A model generated the notes under the pieces. That model had not been told where the DNA came from. It was given only the letters and a program-made list of their open reading frames with translations, and ran no database searches. From NCBI GenBank assembly GCA_051003195.1, contig JBPCLP010000039.1, positions 1 through 64,000 of the forward strand: a stretch of 64,000 bases of DNA. Direction: 5' to 3'. This DNA comes from Candidatus Sumerlaeaceae bacterium (GTDB lineage Bacteria > Sumerlaeota > Sumerlaeia > Sumerlaeales > Sumerlaeaceae). This document shows positions 18,480 through 27,086 of the stretch, in pieces (the first letter of the stretch is position 1; each line of letters begins with the position of its first letter). A program made the position numbers and the translations under genes.

Positions 18480-19697
18480 TCAGTGGTCCAGGGTGAGGGT
18501 TCCCTTGTCCGTGACTTCGCGGAAGCGGTAACCACCTGCGGGCCGGTCGTAGGTAATTTCGATGTCAGCCTTCGCCCCGGGACCGATGACGCCTTTTAGT
18601 TTTATGGTAGCCTGGTACGTCAGTTTGTCGGTGCTTTCATGTTCACTGAGTAGCTCAAAGCCCTGGAACTCCTCGACCGAATCGAAGGACCAACTCTTCA
18701 TGCCCCGCCCGATGCGGTGCCCCTGCAGATCGACTTTCAAAGTTTCTACGTCGGGCTTCCGGGTATGCACGACGGCGGCTTTGGCCTCGGCATGTTGTGG
18801 ACCGAAAACCATCGATACTACGATCAGCCCCGCAAGAATGCTGTTATAGATGCCATGTGTAATGATGCCAGGAATCGTCGAACGGGTATAGTACCGTTGC
18901 AGCGTGAGAGCTGTACCAACGACAAGAATCAGTGCAATGGACGGGAGATCGCCTCCCAACTGGAATGCGTGGACAACTGCGAAGAGGAGGCTGGTGAGCA
19001 CGATGGCTGCCAAAGAACCCAGCCGTGTCTGTAAATGCCCGAAGAGAAATCCGCGGAAAAAAATCTCCTCAAAGGGAGAACCCAGAAAGGCAATTATGGC
19101 AAAAAGGAGCATTCCCTGGGAGCTGGACATCAGTTTGCCAATGGGTGCCTCTTCGAGTGCGGAAGAGTCGTGGCTGTAGAGGCCAAAGGAAACGACAACC
19201 ATAACGAGGGCCATGACAAGGGCGAGGGTAATCGCAACCCAGACGGCGCGTTTGGTGGGCTTTTTCAGCGCCAGGCCTTCTTTGAAGCTCGTGCGGTATT
19301 TGCGACACCCGAAGTGCCATGCCGTGTACAAAAGCGAGAGCGAAAATACTGCAGATGAGTAGGGCAGGAAATCCAGCATCGAAAGGCGAGCGGCGCCATC
19401 CCGTGTTCTGGTTGTACCATAAAAAATTCCAACCACCAGTCCAGTCAGTGCCTGGAGAAGCACAATAATAAGGGCTGCTTTGGGAAAATCCCAGAGGGAA
19501 GGCCGCGTGCGCTCGAACTGGATTGGAATTCCCATTGGTGCGCCGAGCTCGAAATATTGCGGCGGCAGCGGCTGCAGGGGAGGCGGCGGTGGAACGCCAG
19601 GCGGCGTACCACGATCATTCGCAGCCGGCGTTTGCATTTCGCTTCGTCGTAGATCCTGAGGCAGCGGAGGAGGAAGCGGCGGCGGAAGCTCGTCCAT
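18480..19697 (-). CDS. CPBP (Abi/CAAX) intramembrane metalloprotease with Pro-rich N-tail and C-terminal soluble domain
   Basis: EEIFFRG, FAVVH and HGIYN motifs; multiple TM helices. Confidence 0.85.
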   Translation of the reverse strand: MDELPPPLPPPLPQDLRRSEMQTPAANDRGTPPGVPPPPPLQPLPPQYFELGAPMGIPIQFERTRPSLWDFPKAALIIVLLQALTGLVVGIFYGTTRTRDGAARLSMLDFLPYSSAVFSLSLLYTAWHFGCRKYRTSFKEGLALKKPTKRAVWVAITLALVMALVMVVVSFGLYSHDSSALEEAPIGKLMSSSQGMLLFAIIAFLGSPFEEIFFRGFLFGHLQTRLGSLAAIVLTSLLFAVVHAFQLGGDLPSIALILVVGTALTLQRYYTRSTIPGIITHGIYNSILAGLIVVSMVFGPQHAEAKAAVVHTRKPDVETLKVDLQGHRIGRGMKSWSFDSVEEFQGFELLSEHESTDKLTYQATIKLKGVIGPGAKADIEITYDRPAGGYRFREVTDKGTLTLDH

Positions 19698-19917
19698 TCT
19701 GACTGTCGACTACCGGGTCGCGTGTGGCCATGTAAAGGCCTGGTTCGTCGTAGTGAGGGGCTGGCTCCATACTGTGGAGCTCGATCTCCCACGCGGTCTT
19801 TCGATCGGATGCCCTGGCATAGTTTGCTTGCAACCCCCCACTTTAGCGTGCCACCCTGCTGGTCAGCCTGTAGAAGCCATGCTTTGAAAATCACCTGCGG
19901 GCCCCTGGAAAGAACCG

Positions 19918-21369
19918 ATGGAGCAAGAAACCGCCACGCCTGAAGGCGCCAAGCAGCAGCCGAACCCTTTCGATGCGCTTCCGCCCACGAGTGCCTCTCA
20001 TGGAAGCTCGACAACTCTAACCCCCCCAAACGGGTTGACTCCGCCGGGTGGTATTCCAGCCTTCGGCCCTTCATCGGGTGCAGGCGTAATGACGCCGCCG
20101 TCGGGATCGCCTAACCTGACCCCCCCGCCGTCAGGGTCCGGCTTTACTCCTGCTGCGGGAATGCCAGCCGTAGCCTCCCAGGCGAGCTCGCCAAATCTCA
20201 CTCCGCCGCCGACGAACTACACGCCGCCCCCATCCGTACAAGAGCCTGCTCTCAGCGGCAAGCGACTGCTCGAGCGCATTGTGCAGCTTATCGCTGCCAA
20301 GAACGGCTCCGACATTCACCTTGTGGAAGGCGACCGCCCGCGCGTGCGTCTACATGGGGACCTGCTGCCGCTGGAGTCGAAGGACCATCCGCTCGTGACG
20401 CGCGAAGATATCCTCGACATCATGAACCTGGCGCTGACGCCGGAGCAGAAGGAGATATTCGAGAAGTATTCGGACATCGACTTCTCGCTGGAATTTGAAA
20501 ACGCAACGGGGCGCGTGAACGTCGGCTACGCCAATGCCCGCAAGATGCACCTGGTCATGCGATATCTGCGCGCCGACATTATACCAATCGACCAAATAGG
20601 GCTGGATGTGCCGATGCTCAAGAAGATGTGCGATCATGGCCTGGGCGTCATCATGGTCGCCGGTGAAACGAGTTCGGGAAAAACGACCACGATCACGGCG
20701 ATGCTCGACTACATCAATCACCAGCGCTATGGCTCGATCCAGACAATTGAGAACCCGGTCGAGTATTCCATGACGAGCAACAAGTGCCTGATAACTCGTC
20801 GCGAAATCGGTCGCGACACGCCGGACTTTCACCATGCATTGCGTGCATCGGTGCGCAAAAACCCCGATGTGCTGCTGATCGGCGAAGTGCGCGATAACGA
20901 AACCGCCAACATCGCCCTCACAGCCGCGGAAACGGGTATTCAGACGTTCTGCACGATCCACGCCATCGGTGCAATCCCGGCGATTACCCGACTGCGCAAC
21001 ATCCTGGCCAGCGGTGAAAAAAGCGCGGCCGAGTTCTACCAGAGGTTATCCCACTGCCTTGCGGCGATCATCAGCCAGCAGCTCATCAAAGCCGCAGACG
21101 GCAACGGCGTGATTCCCGTGTATGAGATTCTGAACATGGGATATGCGGAGAAAAATTACCTGCGCGACGGCGATTTCCCGAGACTGGAACACAGCCTTGA
21201 GACGGATCACAACATTTCCATGGGCAACTGCGTATACCGTCTCTGGAACCAGAATCCGCGACGCATTAATGAGGAGACCATCCGTAGGCTCTACGGTGAC
21301 CAGTTTCGCCTCATGATGAACCGCCTGGAAGACGTGAAAGGCTGGAAGCCGATGGGAACGGGCATTTAA
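19918..21369 (+). CDS. PilT/PilU-family ATPase (divergent) with TPP-repeat N-terminal tail
   Basis: SDIHL, Walker A GETSSGKTT, TIENPVEY, RREIG, RKNPDVLLIGEVRD, AAETG, TIHA. Confidence 0.85.
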   Translation: MEQETATPEGAKQQPNPFDALPPTSASHGSSTTLTPPNGLTPPGGIPAFGPSSGAGVMTPPSGSPNLTPPPSGSGFTPAAGMPAVASQASSPNLTPPPTNYTPPPSVQEPALSGKRLLERIVQLIAAKNGSDIHLVEGDRPRVRLHGDLLPLESKDHPLVTREDILDIMNLALTPEQKEIFEKYSDIDFSLEFENATGRVNVGYANARKMHLVMRYLRADIIPIDQIGLDVPMLKKMCDHGLGVIMVAGETSSGKTTTITAMLDYINHQRYGSIQTIENPVEYSMTSNKCLITRREIGRDTPDFHHALRASVRKNPDVLLIGEVRDNETANIALTAAETGIQTFCTIHAIGAIPAITRLRNILASGEKSAAEFYQRLSHCLAAIISQQLIKAADGNGVIPVYEILNMGYAEKNYLRDGDFPRLEHSLETDHNISMGNCVYRLWNQNPRRINEETIRRLYGDQFRLMMNRLEDVKGWKPMGTGI

Positions 21370-21470
21370 TCGGAACCCTGTTTTCGCGCCGATGTGCATT
21401 GACAGCAGGCCGTGCGATGCATTAAGCATGGTCAATTCAGCAATAATTCGTTCGCGTCAGGCCTGATATA

Positions 21471-23498
21471 ATGATCCGTACAAAGCCAGCAATGCAACTG
21501 AGCCGTGTCCTTTCCGCCGTAATGGCAGTGATCGTTTCCGGCCTGACGAGTTTTTCTGCCGCTGATATCATCAACTCCGGTGGAGGACGCGGGGCTGCGG
21601 GAGCGACAACGGTTCTGTCATCCATCGGTGAGCCTGCCATCGGGCTGGGCACGGCTGGCACCACACAGGTTGGCGCCGGGTTCATTTATACGCTGGGTTC
21701 CGCACCGGGCGTTGTCACCGGATTGACCGCATCGGATGGTACGTTCTCGGATCGCATACGCCTGAACTGGACCGCCGTTGCCGGTGCAACGGAATATATG
21801 ATCTATCGCACTCTTCCCGCCGTCAATAACCCACAGCTGGTGGGTTCTACCTCACTGACGACTTTTGATGACCTGACCGTTCCTGATTTGCAGGTCTACC
21901 AGTACACGGTGTTCGCCACAAATGCGGACGGAGTAAGTCCCGCTCCATCGAATGCCGACACGGGCTTCCGCGCCGCTGGAACAGATTTGACGCCTGTATT
22001 CACGCAGTCAGGTCCATTTTCCGGCTGGGTGAAGTCCGGTATTGAGAGCGGGCCTGAAAGCGCGGTGGACCCGGGATCCGTCGATGATGTCGATGTAACG
22101 CAAACCAGTACCGAGCTAAGCACCATCGTGAGTGCATCGACCAGCCGTTACCGCATTCTCGGATGGACGCATTCCAACGTGATGACAATGCCGACCGCCG
22201 ACAAGGCGATCCGCGGGCAGTTCTACATCTTCACCAGCAACCCTGGATCCGATGTGGTTAATAAGGTTCCCGCGTTCCGTGTTCGCTTACAGAGCGAAGG
22301 CGCATACGTGGGATCAGTGACTTATAATTATGGCAATACGGGCAATAGCGGCCCCGATGCGGACAACAACGCAAGCACGCCAAACATCTACACTCTCTTT
22401 GACAGTCCGAACACCGACACAAAAGCCGGAAACGATCTGCGGCCTTCGAACCTCGCGGCAAAGCCGTCACTATACCGCGTGGATTTCGACCCGGTTAATG
22501 TGCCTGCCGCTGTCGGAACAAAAGTGGTGGCAACATTTGAGAGCTTTGCATTCGTGAATCCAGCCGCAGGCACGTTGTCGCTCACCGAAGCTTCGGTGGG
22601 CACCTATCCCGTTAAGACCGATGCGGATGGGACGAAGATCTTTACCTACCGTCGCAATGCCACGGCCCTGAGCCAGGGCGTGAACCTTTCGTTCGGCGGG
22701 TTTAACGCGGAAAACAACTTCTCACCCGGCTACCGGCAGAAGCTTTTCGCTGGCGGCGCGCTTGATTCTACTCCTGCATCGCAACTGCACACAGGCAGCG
22801 AGCAAGCCAGCCTGAATACCACGGGTATCACGGTGGACACGGTCAACTGCCCGACGAACGTATTCGGTGTCAGTATTGTCGATGTCACACGCACACCGCA
22901 GACCGCTGAGCCACGCATCCAGGCGGGCAAGCTGTATCGCGCACGGTTCTATGCTACTTCGAACATCCCCACAAGCTCGGCGACGGCCGCCGGCAATCGC
23001 CAGGGCGGCGTGCGCTTCCGGGTGCAAACCGGCCTGGGCGCGGTGAACTGTTACCAGGACTTCAACGGCGCATGGAGTTCCACGGATAACTCCATCAGCA
23101 AGCAGATCGGCGTGCAGGCGCTGCCGGGCACGGGATCGCAGAACCCCGAAATCGATGCAGCGCTGACGCCGGCAGGCAATGATGGCGGATGGTACACCGT
23201 CATGATGCCGACTCCGCTTGATCCGGACATCCGCGCAAATGTGGCCGGAACGCTGGCCGTGAAGATGCCAGCCTTTAATGCGGAACCCGGGCCGACGGTG
23301 AATGCAGCCTCGGCGAAAAAGATCGTGCTGGGTGTTGATTTAATCAAGCAGCCGGCAACGTTGACCCTCGGACCTGGAGCATTCAGTAATCTGCCGTTCG
23401 CACAACCAAACCAGGCAAAGATTTCGATCACGGCAATCGATCTCTACGAGATTAACTCGATCAATGACGGTGGGTATAACACGACCAACTATCCGTAG
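21471..23498 (+). CDS. Secreted protein with FN3 domain and duplicated beta-sandwich region
   Basis: Signal peptide; FN3-like segment APGVVTGLTASDGT...LNW...YMIYR...YQYTVFATN; Thr/Gly/Asn-rich C-terminal region of about 500 aa. Confidence 0.75.
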   Translation: MIRTKPAMQLSRVLSAVMAVIVSGLTSFSAADIINSGGGRGAAGATTVLSSIGEPAIGLGTAGTTQVGAGFIYTLGSAPGVVTGLTASDGTFSDRIRLNWTAVAGATEYMIYRTLPAVNNPQLVGSTSLTTFDDLTVPDLQVYQYTVFATNADGVSPAPSNADTGFRAAGTDLTPVFTQSGPFSGWVKSGIESGPESAVDPGSVDDVDVTQTSTELSTIVSASTSRYRILGWTHSNVMTMPTADKAIRGQFYIFTSNPGSDVVNKVPAFRVRLQSEGAYVGSVTYNYGNTGNSGPDADNNASTPNIYTLFDSPNTDTKAGNDLRPSNLAAKPSLYRVDFDPVNVPAAVGTKVVATFESFAFVNPAAGTLSLTEASVGTYPVKTDADGTKIFTYRRNATALSQGVNLSFGGFNAENNFSPGYRQKLFAGGALDSTPASQLHTGSEQASLNTTGITVDTVNCPTNVFGVSIVDVTRTPQTAEPRIQAGKLYRARFYATSNIPTSSATAAGNRQGGVRFRVQTGLGAVNCYQDFNGAWSSTDNSISKQIGVQALPGTGSQNPEIDAALTPAGNDGGWYTVMMPTPLDPDIRANVAGTLAVKMPAFNAEPGPTVNAASAKKIVLGVDLIKQPATLTLGPGAFSNLPFAQPNQAKISITAIDLYEINSINDGGYNTTNYP

Positions 23499-23755
23499 GG
23501 TCCGCACCCATTGGCGACCCCCGCCGCGTAAACTCAAGGTAACAGAATCCACTCTGTGGGAAAATTCGGTGATCTTCGGCTGACTCCTTCCCGAGTGAAA
23601 TTACGCGACGGAATTGAGGTGACGTGCGTGGGGCAGTTCGAACCTTTAGTTTTGGTGCCCTGATTCTGGACACCTGGGTTCAGATTTTGCCCATGGCTAG
23701 CCTGCATGGACGCATTTTTGGTGTTGCCGGGGCGTTACCGCGCGGCTGCCGCGCG

Positions 23756-23771
23756 TGGCGTAATTGTTGCA
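23756..23771 (+). promoter_or_regulatory. Putative sigma-54 promoter
   Basis: TGGCGTAATTGTTGCA = GG-N10-GC (-24/-12), about 70 bp upstream of the ATG at 23841. Confidence 0.55.
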
Positions 23772-23840
23772 TCATCCAAACCGCCAGCCTGGCAGGGCTA
23801 ATTGTCGCCCGGCCGGCTGAGCTTGTTAAAGGAGTTCTCA

Positions 23841-24131
23841 ATGACCCGGTTAACTAAACCAGTCGTTACATTGGCCCTGATCGGCGCCAGCACAATGCTG
23901 CTGCCTGCCCCCGCTGAAGCCCGCACCAAGGATATCGTAAAGTATGGCGCGATTGGTTTGGGCGCGGCCTACCTGTACAACGCCGGCCAGCGCTCTGCGT
24001 ATCGTGGCGGCTACTATGGTGGGTACCACGGCGGCTACTATCCGCGTCGCAGCTACTACCCTTCCTACTACGGTGGACATCACGGCGGTTACTATGGTGG
24101 TGGCTACCATGGCGGCTGCCACTATTATTAG
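23841..24131 (+). CDS. Small secreted Gly/Tyr/His-rich protein
   Basis: AAGGAG RBS before ATG 23841; signal peptide ending PAEA; GGYY/GGYH repeats; followed by a terminator. Confidence 0.75.
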   Translation: MTRLTKPVVTLALIGASTMLLPAPAEARTKDIVKYGAIGLGAAYLYNAGQRSAYRGGYYGGYHGGYYPRRSYYPSYYGGHHGGYYGGGYHGGCHYY

Positions 24132-24157
24132 TAACCCGCATTAATTTTCGAGTTGCT

Positions 24158-24192
24158 GCCAGGGCGCACCGTTCGCCCTGGCTTTCTTTTTT
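24158..24192 (+). terminator. Rho-independent terminator
   Basis: GCCAGGGCG-caccgtt-CGCCCTGGC followed by TTTCTTTTTT. Confidence 0.85.
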
Positions 24193-24295
24193 CCTGCGAT
24201 TTTGCATTTCCCTATTTGCGCATTGAATTCCCGGTTTAGCCATCGTCCAAGATTTCGTTTCGCACCGGTGTCGCGCGATAGAAAGAGAGAACAGC

Positions 24296-25393
24296 ATGGA
24301 CGTCGCACCCCTGGTGGAGGGGGCCACCAAGGTAAAGGCATCGGACATCCATCTGATGGAGAACTACCCGCCATACTTTCGTATGGATGGCGACCTGGTG
24401 CCCGTGAAGCATCCGCCGCTTACACACCAGGACATGCTGGATGTCGTCGGAGTTCTTGTACCTGAGCGCTTACGGTCCCACTTGGAAACGCGGCGCGCGG
24501 TGGACGTGGGATATCAGCATAAAGACATTGTCCGTTTGCGTATCGTCGTGTACTATGAACGCGGCCGGCTGCGTATTGTTCTGCGTCTTATCCCGCTCAA
24601 AATCAAGACCTTCGAAGAGCTGGGTCTGCCGAAGATTCTCGAACACATCTCCACTTACATTTCCGGCCTGGTAGTTCTGACGGGACCGACCGGCAGCGGC
24701 AAATCAACCACGCTTGCGGCAATTATCGACTTCATGAACTCGCGCGACAAGATCTCCATCACGACGATCGAGGATCCCATCGAGTTTGTACATCAGAACA
24801 AAACGGCGGTAGTGACGCAGCGCGAGGTAGGGGAGGATGTGACGGATTTCAACTCGGGGGTTATCCAGGCGCTACGCCAGGATCCTGATGTGATCCTCAT
24901 TGGCGAGATGCGTGACACGGAAACGATACGCACAGCAATCAAGGCTGCCGAAACCGGGCACTATGTGATGAGCACGCTGCACACCACCGACGCGATCCAG
25001 ACTATCGAGCGCACCGTCAGCACATTTCCCGAGCCCGAGCAGGGGCTGGTGCGCCAGCAGCTCGCAACAAACCTGAAAGCTTCCATCACGCAAACCCTGG
25101 TAAAGCGCATCGAGGGCGGGCGGATAGCTGCCCTGGAGATCCTGATTGTGACTCAGACAGTTGCAAAACTGATCGGAGACAACCGGCTTCGCGATATTTA
25201 CACGGTCATGCAGACGGGTGACGAAGGCATGCAGACGCGAGACCAGGCATTGGCGAACCTCGCCCGCGAAAAGGCTATTTCCGAGCTGGAGGGCGAAGGT
25301 AATGCCAAGGACGTCCACGCATTCAAACGCTTCTTCAAAGGTGTTTCATCTTCGAGTGACCGCGGCGGCATTATCGCGGGCTTCGGCGGCTGA
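24296..25393 (+). CDS. pilT: Type IV pilus retraction ATPase
   Basis: ASDIHL, GPTGSGKSTT, TIEDPIEF, QREVG, LRQDPDVILIGEMRD, AETGH, TLHT, GMQT. Confidence 0.9.
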   Translation: MDVAPLVEGATKVKASDIHLMENYPPYFRMDGDLVPVKHPPLTHQDMLDVVGVLVPERLRSHLETRRAVDVGYQHKDIVRLRIVVYYERGRLRIVLRLIPLKIKTFEELGLPKILEHISTYISGLVVLTGPTGSGKSTTLAAIIDFMNSRDKISITTIEDPIEFVHQNKTAVVTQREVGEDVTDFNSGVIQALRQDPDVILIGEMRDTETIRTAIKAAETGHYVMSTLHTTDAIQTIERTVSTFPEPEQGLVRQQLATNLKASITQTLVKRIEGGRIAALEILIVTQTVAKLIGDNRLRDIYTVMQTGDEGMQTRDQALANLAREKAISELEGEGNAKDVHAFKRFFKGVSSSSDRGGIIAGFGG

Positions 25394-25415
25394 GCGAAAG
25401 GTCGGTTAAGAACCA

Positions 25416-27050
25416 ATGGCAAACACGATGAGAACCGGAATCGAAGGCCTCGACTGCGTACTGTGTGGCGGGTTTCTGTATCACAATTCGATCCTGATCA
25501 AGGGCGCGCCCGGCTGCGGTAAAACAACCTTGGGAATACAGATCCTTTATAATGGCGTGGTGCAGTCGGACGAGCCGGGAATCATTGTTTTATTCGAACA
25601 GTTTCCGCAACAGCTTTACCGCGACCTGATGTCGTATAACTGGAACTTATCCGAACTGGTTCAACAGAACCGGCTCCGCATCATCTTCTCGACGCCTGAA
25701 GATGCGATGGCGAAAGATAAAACTTCGGAGCCGCCACTCATCGCCCAGATCCAGGATGCGGCGGCGGAAATTGGAGCAAAGCGTATCCTTGTCGATAGTG
25801 TGACTCACATCCTTAACGCTGCCGCCGATTCGCGTCACGCACGCGAACTGTTGATGCGCTTTATCAATCATCTCAAGACCACCGGACTTACTCCCATCAT
25901 GACCGCTGAATCGGAGGATCGCGAGGGGGCCATCGGTGTCGACGAGTACCTGAGTGATTGCGTTCTGCTGCTCTCCAGCGAATCGGGCAAAGACAGAAGC
26001 TTTAACCTGCGCGAGCTACGTGTACGCAAAACGCGGGGACACGATCACTTGCGCGGCCGGCATGTCTTTAAGCTCAGTGACGCAGGTGTCGAAGTGTTCC
26101 CGCTCAGCGTGACCGGGAATCCCTGCAACGGCAGCAAGGCGTCAGCACGCACGGCACTGGATAAAGTCCACAGCGGTGTAAGCGGACTCGACCTGATGCT
26201 TGGCGGCGGATACACACGCGGGACCTCTACCATTATTGCCGGGATGCCAGGCACCTTCAAGACGACCCTCGCGGCGCAGTTTGCCGCAGCCGCAGCCGGC
26301 GATGGGGAAAAGGCGCTGATCATATCCTTCGCGGAGCGGGCCGCCTTCCTGGCACGCCTGATGGAGGAAAAAGGAATTCCGGTCCAGAAGCAGATCGAAT
26401 CCGGTAATTTGCAAATCTGGCACTACACGCCTAAAGAAATCTACATCGAAGAATTGCTGAGCCGGCTTTCACGTGAGCTGTCGTCCAGTCCCATGACGCG
26501 CCTGGTGATTGACGGCATCAACGACATCGAGCGCAGCATCGACAGGCCCGAGGCTTATAAGGACGTGCTGGCAGCGTTTCTCTCTGTCTGTACCGACCAC
26601 AACGTCACATCCCTTTTTACGCAGAAGCTGGACAAATTCACGGGCAACGCACCGCTCACCGACATTCGCTATGCGTCCATGTTCGACGGAGTGATTTATC
26701 TCGGAACCATCGAGATCGAAAGCTCTGTGCATAAAGTCATTTCGATTCTCAAGATGCGCGGCGGACACTACCAGAGCGACCTGCGCGAAATCGACTGCGG
26801 ACACAGCGGTCTTGAAGTTCAGGAGAAATTCGTGGGCATGACGGGCGTGCTCTCGGGCAATGCTCACGGGCACTATAAAAAGACGGTGGAAGAACTGTTT
26901 CAGCCGCTGTACTTCATCCGCGACTTCCTGGAAATCCTGGCGACAGGCGAACCAGACGCGGAACAAAGTACCGCAATTGTGCACAACCTGCGCGATGAAT
27001 CGAACAAGCTCGTCGACAAACTCAAAACCCATTTCGACATTAAGGCGTGA
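25416..27050 (+). CDS. KaiC-like tandem RecA-fold ATPase with C-terminal helical hairpin
   Basis: Domain I: TGIEGLD, GAPGCGKT, ILVDS, KTRG. Domain II: SGVSGLD, GMPGTFKT, LVIDG, KMRG. No kaiA or kaiB nearby. Confidence 0.9.
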   Translation: MANTMRTGIEGLDCVLCGGFLYHNSILIKGAPGCGKTTLGIQILYNGVVQSDEPGIIVLFEQFPQQLYRDLMSYNWNLSELVQQNRLRIIFSTPEDAMAKDKTSEPPLIAQIQDAAAEIGAKRILVDSVTHILNAAADSRHARELLMRFINHLKTTGLTPIMTAESEDREGAIGVDEYLSDCVLLLSSESGKDRSFNLRELRVRKTRGHDHLRGRHVFKLSDAGVEVFPLSVTGNPCNGSKASARTALDKVHSGVSGLDLMLGGGYTRGTSTIIAGMPGTFKTTLAAQFAAAAAGDGEKALIISFAERAAFLARLMEEKGIPVQKQIESGNLQIWHYTPKEIYIEELLSRLSRELSSSPMTRLVIDGINDIERSIDRPEAYKDVLAAFLSVCTDHNVTSLFTQKLDKFTGNAPLTDIRYASMFDGVIYLGTIEIESSVHKVISILKMRGGHYQSDLREIDCGHSGLEVQEKFVGMTGVLSGNAHGHYKKTVEELFQPLYFIRDFLEILATGEPDAEQSTAIVHNLRDESNKLVDKLKTHFDIKA

Positions 27051-27086
27051 GCGCATGAGCCGCAGCCAGCACAAGGAAGTGACGCT

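Noticed and set aside
17609..19697. DUF2161 nuclease-like plus Abi/CPBP pair as an anti-phage system
   Set aside because: CPBP proteases are not established defence proteins despite the Abi name, and there are no island hallmarks (integrase, GC shift, other defence genes).
21399..21428. Sigma-70 promoter (TTGACA) upstream of the FN3 protein
   Set aside because: The -35 is perfect, but there is no convincing -10 at 16-18 bp spacing.
25416..27050. Circadian clock locus
   Set aside because: No kaiA or kaiB nearby; the ST phosphosite pair and catalytic EE pairs are not conserved.
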